From Phycisphaerae bacterium (GTDB lineage: Bacteria; Planctomycetota; Phycisphaerae; UBA1845; PWPN01), in contig JAFGKA010000396.1 in NCBI GenBank assembly GCA_016928855.1, positions 4,044-68,043 of the forward strand: a DNA stretch of 64,000 bases. Reading direction: 5' to 3'. The translations under genes were made by a program, and so were the position numbers. This document shows, one piece after another, positions 37,769 to 45,500 of this stretch; position 1 is the first letter of the stretch; every line of letters begins with the position of its first letter. Below the pieces are notes generated by a model. It was not told the origin of the DNA. It made no database searches and worked only from the letters and a program-made list of their open reading frames with translations.

Positions 37769-38177
37769 ACCCGCGGCCAGATAGTTGGCAGTGCTGTTGA
37801 TCGTTGGACAGCGATAGCCATGACTGCGTTAACATTGCCCGCTCAGGCATTGGGCGATTTGTGCCGGCCTATCGCCCACCTCGGCCTTTGTGCCCCGCTA
37901 TGCGCAGGCGCGGCTACTGTTGCTGTCGAGGATCGGGACATGGTTCGGCAGATGTTGGAGCTACCGGTGCCGCTGGAAAACACTGAGCCGACTTGTTGTG
38001 CGCTCCTGGCAAGAGCATTGGCCATTTCAGGTACCCGCCCGTGCTTGCTCATCCTGTCGGGCTATCTGAAAGCCGCTTGCTTCACCGTCCCCGGTACGGA
38101 GACGGGAAGTTCCGGGCTTCTCTACGCCGCTGGCAGTTGGCCCACCTGAAGGTCGTGACAAGTTCGAGCATGGAGAC

Positions 38178-39839
38178 ATGCAACCCAATGGGAGCGAATT
38201 GCTGATGGTGTCCCCAAGACAGACTCAAGCGAACAAGGACCGGGCAACCGCCTGTACGTTTGCTGGCAACGCAGCAAGCAGCAGCGCCAGTTGGGCCATG
38301 CGCTTGGCCGTTGCGATTCCTCTGTTGGCCGCGCTGGGGGCTTTGATCATGCCCCGGGCGTGGATCATCGCTATGTGCAGCGACGATGCGTTCTACTACT
38401 TCACTATTGCCCGCAACATCGTGGAGGGACGGGGCTGTACGTTTGACGGGGTTGCCCCCACGAACGGCTTTCACCCTTTGTACATGCTGATATGCACGGG
38501 CATCTTCTACCTCGCCGGAAGCGATCCGGATTTGCCGATTCGGCTAATCTTATCGCTGAACTTCCTGTTCGCTCTGCTGAGCGTCTATATCACCATCCGC
38601 CTGGTCAATTCGTACCTCGCCCCCGGGTGGGGTTGGCTGGCTGGGCTGCTCTTTGCTTTCCCACCACTGTTTGGAGCCATGACCAATGGCATGGAAACGG
38701 GCTTGATGGTAGCGTGTACCTCCGTGCTGGTATACCTCTGTTGTGTCTACCGTATACACCGGCCTTCCTCGGGAATGCTGGGCGGACTGGTATTCGGCCT
38801 TGGGGTTTCCGTTGTCACACTGGCTCGACTGGACTCGGCGTTCCTGTTGCCGGCGGCGGCATGCCTTGTCATGCTGCGGATCCTGCGAGAGCCTGGCCAG
38901 GCAGGCTGTGTGCTTCGCCACGGCCTCGGCATGGCGGTCGGCTTCCTGCCGCTCTTCGGGGCTTTTGTGCTCTGGAACCTGTCGTATTTCGGGATGATTA
39001 TGCCTATCAGCGGCCAGGTTAAATCCGCGGCCCCCTCGCTCGGGCGCATGCTGGAACTGACGGACAACAAGAGTCTCGGCCTGCTGCTTCTGATGACCAT
39101 CGGCCTGTGTTTGCTGCTCACCGGCCTGCTTCGCCGGCATGCCCATGGCCGCGTCGCATTGCTGTCGGAGTCATCTCTTCCTGTGCTGGGACTCGCCTGC
39201 CTGTTTCATTATGCCTACATTGCGATGTGCGTAAGCTGGGGGGCTTATTGGTGGCACTTTTCGTTATATGGCCTGGTGCTGGTGTTGCTCATACCCCAGG
39301 TCGTGTTCCTGCTCACAAGCGCTCTTCCATCCGTTCGTCGCCCGTTTGCCGCGGCCTGCGTCATTGCCTTCGTTGGCTTCGGTTGCCTAAACGGGCTTCG
39401 CATCTTCTACGTCGGCCAGAAGCATGCATCCTGGCTGGCGGCCGCGCAATGGATCCGCGATGAACTGCCCGCAGATGCGGTCATCGGTATGAAGGATGCG
39501 GGCCTGGTCGGTTATTACTCATTCCGTCAGGTGGTCAACCTCGACGGGAAAGCAAACGAGCGCGCTTACTGGACAAGCGTTCTGGAGGGTAACCCGGACG
39601 AGTACTTGAAGACGCGCGGGGTTGACTATATCGCGGAAGTTTCCGCGTGCTACCATGGCGACATTGCCTATATGCGGATCCCCCGCCCACAGCAGCCGGC
39701 CTTGCTCTATCAGATGCAACGTAAGAATGAGGTATACCGCAGCAGGCCCTATCATGCCCCGCCGGCCGCCCTTAATATTGCCGTTCCGGGCTTGCTGACG
39801 ATCTGGCAGTACGACGGCTCGCTGCAATTGAGTTCCTGA
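38178..39839 (+). CDS. GT-C-like polytopic membrane protein, paralog B, high GC
   Basis: CSDDAFYYFTIARNIVEGRGCTFDGVAPTNGFHPLY, many TM segments, and a C-terminal LPADAVIGMKDAGLVGYYSFRQVVNLDGKAN. The start is uncertain (38178, 38205 or 38298). Confidence 0.6.
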   Translation: MQPNGSELLMVSPRQTQANKDRATACTFAGNAASSSASWAMRLAVAIPLLAALGALIMPRAWIIAMCSDDAFYYFTIARNIVEGRGCTFDGVAPTNGFHPLYMLICTGIFYLAGSDPDLPIRLILSLNFLFALLSVYITIRLVNSYLAPGWGWLAGLLFAFPPLFGAMTNGMETGLMVACTSVLVYLCCVYRIHRPSSGMLGGLVFGLGVSVVTLARLDSAFLLPAAACLVMLRILREPGQAGCVLRHGLGMAVGFLPLFGAFVLWNLSYFGMIMPISGQVKSAAPSLGRMLELTDNKSLGLLLLMTIGLCLLLTGLLRRHAHGRVALLSESSLPVLGLACLFHYAYIAMCVSWGAYWWHFSLYGLVLVLLIPQVVFLLTSALPSVRRPFAAACVIAFVGFGCLNGLRIFYVGQKHASWLAAAQWIRDELPADAVIGMKDAGLVGYYSFRQVVNLDGKANERAYWTSVLEGNPDEYLKTRGVDYIAEVSACYHGDIAYMRIPRPQQPALLYQMQRKNEVYRSRPYHAPPAALNIAVPGLLTIWQYDGSLQLSS

Positions 39840-41221
39840 TGGCACCGTTGTTTATCAGCCTGGGTTTCGGTCTTCTTGCCTTCGCAGTTGCCCTGCTCGC
39901 CGGTGTCCGTTGCGCGTTCCGCTGGACCTATCTGCCCATGTTGTTCTGTGTGCCCGAGTCCATTCATGCGGTCATCAACGGGATTCCGGATCTTTCGCCA
40001 CAGAGGGCTGCACTGTATGGCTTGGTCGTGGGGGCAGCACTGCGTGGGGAGGCATGGCGCCTGGTTCCGAAGTGGCGAGGTTTCGATACGTTCGTATTGG
40101 TGATTATCCTGTCATTTTCGACCAGCTATGGCCTGGAGACTGATCCCAAGGGCTTCCTTCACCGCCTGATCCGGCTGACCTTGGACTGGGGGGGGCCTTA
40201 CCTGTTGACGCGCGCGTGCCTCCCCGATTGGGAAGAGTTGCGTAAGGCGCTGGTTCCGCTAAGTATCGGCATGTCGCTTTGCGCGCTGGCCACTATCGCT
40301 GAGTGCCGCCTGGCAACCCGTGTGTCAACGACGTTCTGGAACAGTCTCGGCGCGGACCTTAGAGTCGTGCCGCACTACTGGGGCTTTCGCTGGGGGTATC
40401 TGAGGGCTGCCGGGATATACGACCACCCGATCATGGCGGGTTCCATCTTTGCCTCGCTGGCGCTTCTTCTTTTGTCGTTGGGCTGGCTGAACCCGGTCCA
40501 CCGGCCAATGGCGATAGTCGCCTCTGGCTTATGCGCGTTGGCTTGCATTGCCAGCATCTCACGAGGGCCGATGCTGGCGCTTGCTTGCGTGCTGCTGGGC
40601 TTTGGTCTTCTTCGTATCAGAATGCGGGGGATCCTGGGGGTGCTGCTGGTCATGGGTGTATGTGTCTTCCCGTTTGCGATGGAAAGGCTGTCGCAAGAAT
40701 GGCAGGCAACTCAGCAACTGGTCGATGAGACCGGCAACACCGCCGCTGAAAGTGGGCGTTACCGGCTGGCCATCCTGATGATTTATGGCGACAAGATTAT
40801 GGAGGCGGGTTTTTTTGGCGGACTGGCTTCGCTGGAGCTCGATGAACATCTCCAGGATGCATGGTCAGTGGATAACTCGTACGTCTTTCTGCTTCTCATG
40901 GGCGGCTGGATCGGGGGAGGTTTGTTTATCATCTTCGTGATCGCCGTCTTTGCAAAGGGCGTGGCTACACTACGGGCGGCGAGGGGGGGGGCGTACCGAA
41001 TACCCCGAGAACTGGTCTTCCTCTCGTTCTGCGCCATAATCTTCTCGCTCACCAACGTGTTTTTCGCCACAAATCTGGGGTATGTGTTCTGGGTCAGTGC
41101 CGCTTTGGTACTGAACTCTCCGGTTGCCGCAACCCCACGGATACGGAGTACGGTCAGAAACACAGGACGCGGCCCATTCCTGCCTATTCAAACACCGGGC
41201 AGGGGCCGGAGAACGCCGTAG
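39839..41221 (+). CDS. O-antigen ligase / Wzy-like polymerase family membrane protein
   Basis: Polytopic, with the Wzy_C-type loop ASISRGPMLALACVLLGFGLL. ATGA overlap with the upstream gene. Confidence 0.8.
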   Translation: MAPLFISLGFGLLAFAVALLAGVRCAFRWTYLPMLFCVPESIHAVINGIPDLSPQRAALYGLVVGAALRGEAWRLVPKWRGFDTFVLVIILSFSTSYGLETDPKGFLHRLIRLTLDWGGPYLLTRACLPDWEELRKALVPLSIGMSLCALATIAECRLATRVSTTFWNSLGADLRVVPHYWGFRWGYLRAAGIYDHPIMAGSIFASLALLLLSLGWLNPVHRPMAIVASGLCALACIASISRGPMLALACVLLGFGLLRIRMRGILGVLLVMGVCVFPFAMERLSQEWQATQQLVDETGNTAAESGRYRLAILMIYGDKIMEAGFFGGLASLELDEHLQDAWSVDNSYVFLLLMGGWIGGGLFIIFVIAVFAKGVATLRAARGGAYRIPRELVFLSFCAIIFSLTNVFFATNLGYVFWVSAALVLNSPVAATPRIRSTVRNTGRGPFLPIQTPGRGRRTP

Positions 41222-41233
41222 AGGAAACGGCTT

Positions 41234-42535
41234 GTGTATCTCGTAGTCATCAATGTGCCGTTTCGCAGTTGCGGCCCCGGCGCCGCTGAGGTCGCGAGCG
41301 ATTGGGGCCGCGCACTGGCACTCTTGCGCGATTCGTTCCATGGCCGCTTTGGGCCTCTCGTCGTGGCTGCACCGGAATTGCCTCCTGGAGACGGTCCGCT
41401 CGGTTCTCAAGAACCCTATCGCCTGGACGCCTCGGACGATGGTATTTCCTTCGTGCGCCTTGGCGATACCCGCTGGCGGGCACGTGATTTCTGGCGGCAC
41501 CACCGTGCGATTCGTGCCCGCTGCCGCGACCTGGCCCGCCGTGCCGAGGTGGTGCACGCTGGCATGGGCAATCTCTGGCAACCCTACGCGTATGTCGGCT
41601 TCTGTGCCGGCCTTAAGGCCGGTATCACCACCGTCTTTGTCCAAGACGGTGATGCGGTGGGCCGGTTGCTGGACCTTGCCGCAGGCCGGGGCTTACTCCA
41701 TCGCTTCCGCACGCGCCTCTACTGCACCGTCTACGAGCGCCGGGCTCGTCGCGCAGTGGCCAGGGCGGATCTCTCCCTGCTCAAGGGCCGTGCGGTGAAT
41801 GCCCGGTACGGGCGCTTCGCCCGCAATGCCCGCGATTTCTACGATACATCCTACCCGTCCGACGATGTGATACCACCGACCGAGCTTTCCGCTAAGATCG
41901 ATCGGATTCGTGCCGGGAAACCACTTCGGTGCCTGTCGCTCGGCCGGCTGGAGGACTTCAAGCGCGTTGACGATTCCGTTCGCGCCGTGGATGCCGCGGT
42001 CCGTCAGGCAGTTCCCGTGCAACTCGATATTATAGGCAACGGCCCGGATACCGGTCGTCTGCGGGCGCTGGTGGACGATCTGGGCGCGGGGGCGCATGTT
42101 CGGTTTCTCGGTGCTCGTCCCTACGGTCCTGCCCTGTTGCGCGAGCTGCGATCTTACCACGTGTACCTGTTCACCTCGACCGCGGATGAGACCCCTCGAT
42201 CCGTGTTCGACGCCTTCGCGGCCGGTTGCCCGCTGCTCGCTTACGCGCTGCCGTACACCGAGCAGGTGGTTGACGAAACAGGGGCGGGTCGCTGCGTGCC
42301 TCGGGGCGATCGCGCAGCCCTGGCACGTGTACTAACAGACTGGTGCGAGGAGCGGAGCGCGCTGATCGACAAGATGCGTCTTGCCGCTGCGGCCGGCGCA
42401 GACAATTCCGCGGATGCGTGGTATGCCCGCCGGGCACAATGGACGATCGAGGCGCACGAGCGGGCTTGTCCCAGGCAGAACGTTCCACGGAGATCAGCTT
42501 CACCTCTATCCCTCAAGGATGACCCCACTCCTTAA
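41234..42535 (+). CDS. Family 4 (GT-B) glycosyltransferase
   Basis: GTG start after gaggaaacgg. LSLGRLEDFKRVDD.., FTSTADETPRSVFDAFAAGCPLLAYALPYTEQVV. Confidence 0.8.
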   Translation: MYLVVINVPFRSCGPGAAEVASDWGRALALLRDSFHGRFGPLVVAAPELPPGDGPLGSQEPYRLDASDDGISFVRLGDTRWRARDFWRHHRAIRARCRDLARRAEVVHAGMGNLWQPYAYVGFCAGLKAGITTVFVQDGDAVGRLLDLAAGRGLLHRFRTRLYCTVYERRARRAVARADLSLLKGRAVNARYGRFARNARDFYDTSYPSDDVIPPTELSAKIDRIRAGKPLRCLSLGRLEDFKRVDDSVRAVDAAVRQAVPVQLDIIGNGPDTGRLRALVDDLGAGAHVRFLGARPYGPALLRELRSYHVYLFTSTADETPRSVFDAFAAGCPLLAYALPYTEQVVDETGAGRCVPRGDRAALARVLTDWCEERSALIDKMRLAAAAGADNSADAWYARRAQWTIEAHERACPRQNVPRRSASPLSLKDDPTP

Positions 42536-45500
42536 TTGCCAGCTGGGTATTCCAACGCTCCCATGTCCGTGCGTATGTTCTGCGGTCGCATCCCCGCCCC
42601 GTAGTCCGAACGCACCCACGGCAAATCCACACCGCCGTCCACACACGGGCTCAACGCTTGCAGTCGCAAATCATGTCCTGCTGCATTCACGAACAATGGA
42701 TCGTTCGTGGTGCTGTTCTCATCGTTGCCTAACGCCTGCCACTGAGCGAGGGTGTAGTAGGAATCCGCAACACGGATCAGGGTCCCGCCCGACCGATTGG
42801 GAGCGTATATACAATTGTTGTCGCTGGTAACCTCGGCAGCCGAAGCAGACGTTCCTGTCAGGTTGACCAGGTAGGTATCATGTACATCCGTGGGAGTGTA
42901 GATAATATTGTTCTTGACAGACAGGTTAACAGCGCTTTCGCCAGATACAAGACGGCCGAAGGATAAAGGATTGCTAATGGTATTGTTATATACCTGCCAG
43001 TTCGTCCAGGTACTGAAACCCGGCACGCCGTCGCCAAAGGCGACAAGATAATCCGGCCCTCGAGCAAGGTTATTCCGCACGGTTACATGGTCGGCCCCGC
43101 GTGACTGAACGGCTATGCCGCCAGTCGCCACCCATATGTTGCGCTCGATGACAACCTGTTCATAGGGTACACCTGCAACAGGACGGTTATCTTGCGCGCC
43201 AACACTGACTATCCATTGACCGGTATTCGGCCAGAACCAGTTATCAGAAATAACGATGTATCGCGAGCCATCGCTAGCAGGGCATGCCTTAATCGCATGA
43301 ACGGGCGTATCTTGAAACGCACAGTGACTTATCAACAACTTGGATACATGGGTACGAATAAGATGTTCGCCTGATGTGTCAAAATCTATTCCCAGAAATC
43401 CTGAACGACGAGAGCTTTCACTTCCGGTAAATGCGCAATAGTTCGTGTTGTCAACAAGTTCGTTTTCAACGGACAAGACCCCGCAGCCATAGCCGGTGTT
43501 ATGAATTCCATTGCGAAAATTCGTAACATAACAACGCAGGGTCAGCCCATGATGGCCGTGGTTTTCGATGCCGCGACCGGGGGTCCCCGCGCCCCGAACA
43601 TACAAGTCCATTATTCTCCAGTCAGGTTGCCCCGCTATGTTCACGAGAATAGCATCGGCTACGGTCAGTTGAATAACTGGACGATTGCCATCGCCGTAAG
43701 CTCCAATGATTCCGGGGCCGGGGATTCCGGCTAAACTGGCCCCGGTTTGGGTGCTCCAACTATCCCCCCGCTTGAACAGGATGCGGGTGTTGGTCGCCAG
43801 CTTGGTCATCGCGGCCGCGAACGTCCTGAGTGGGGCCTGTTCGCTGGTACCTGGGTTGGCATCATTGCCCTCGGAGGAGGACACGTAGTATGTCGTACCG
43901 CTGAACGCCGAGACGGTAATCACCTGAGCGTACCGATGCTTCACTCCGTCGGTGTCGGTTACCGTCAGCGTAACCGCGTACGTCCCCGGCGTTTCGTACA
44001 CATGGGCAGCCAGATAGTTTGTCGCCGTGTTCTTGCTCGGATAGCTGCCATCCGGATTCTTCCGGCCGGTTGACCAATTTCCACTGTCTGGATTGCCGAA
44101 ATCCCATTCGTAATGGTAACTGGCATAGTCACCGTCGCCAGGCTGCACCACGCCGCTGGTCCAGGCCGGGTTGGCTTCGTCGACCGCGTCGAAGAAGACG
44201 CCCAGCGGCGCGACGCCGCTGGTGCGGCTGGCGGTGGTCATCGCCGGGAAGAGGACTGTCAGGTCGACGGCCCGTGTGGTACCGCCGTCTGCGTTCGTCG
44301 TGAACGTAACGGTGTCGCTATAGCTGTCCGCCGCGAGGCCGTTGGCGGTGCTGTTGATCGAAACCTCGACCGTGTCCGAAGCGTCGACCGCCAGCGTCCC
44401 GCCGGTCTTGGACAGCGAAACCCACGGCTGGGTTCTGGCGGCGGTCCAGTTGAGGGACTCGCCGCCCGTGTTGGTCAGCGTGTAGGTGATGCTCGGCGGC
44501 GAAAACGGGCCGCCTTCGTGGCCCATGCTCGTCAGATCCCCCGCCGGAGATACCGTCAACACGCCCGACGTCGCGCCGCCACCCGGGGTGACGTCCGTGG
44601 TGGCCGGGGCGCAATTGAATGAGCCCAGGCCGCCGGCCAGCGTCAGCGTGAGCGCCGCGACGAACGTGCCCCCGCTGGTATACGTGTGGCTGACTTGTGC
44701 GCCGGTCGCCATGGTGCCATCTCCGAGATCCCAGTCGAACGTGGCATCCGCCGGGACTGTCGAGGCGGGCGAACCACCCTCCATCGCTGTGAATTGTACC
44801 ACAAGCGGCGCGGTGCCGGAAGACGGGTCGGCCTGCGCTGTAATCACAGGCAGCACATAAACCGTCATCTCGTCATGCGAGGTCAGCGAACCGTCGGTGG
44901 CCGTCAGGCGGAGGACATACGTCCCCGCTTCGCTGAACGTCGCCGTCGGATTCACGCTGGTCGTGCTGCTGAACGCAACCGTCCCGGGCCCGGAGACCTT
45001 GGACCACGTCAAAGCCACGGCGCCGGGCGAATCGGGCAGGCCGTCGTCGGTGACCGCGCCAACGAGGTTGACGCTGATCGTCGGCAGCATGATCGCCTGA
45101 TCAGGCCCCGCGTTCACTGCCGGCGCAGTGTTGGCGGAGGTGACGTTCAGGCTCACCGCACGGGTGGTGGTTCCGTCACCGTTGGTCGTGTTGGTGAAGG
45201 TTACCGTGTCGCTGTGGCTGCCGACCGCGAGGCTGTTGGCACCACCGTTGATCGAAACCTGCACCGTATCCGAAGCGCCCGCTTCGAGCACGCCACCGGC
45301 ATTGGACAGCGAAACCCAGGACTGGGTCTTGGCCGCGGCCCAGTTGATGGGCTCACCGCCGGTGTTGGTCAGCGTGTAGGTGATGCTTTGCGGCTCGAAT
45401 GGCCCGCCCTCGTTGCCGTAACTGCTCAGGCCACCGGCCGCTGATACGGAAAACGCGCCTGCGCCAGGCGCCAGCACAATCGTACCCCAGAGCGACTCGT

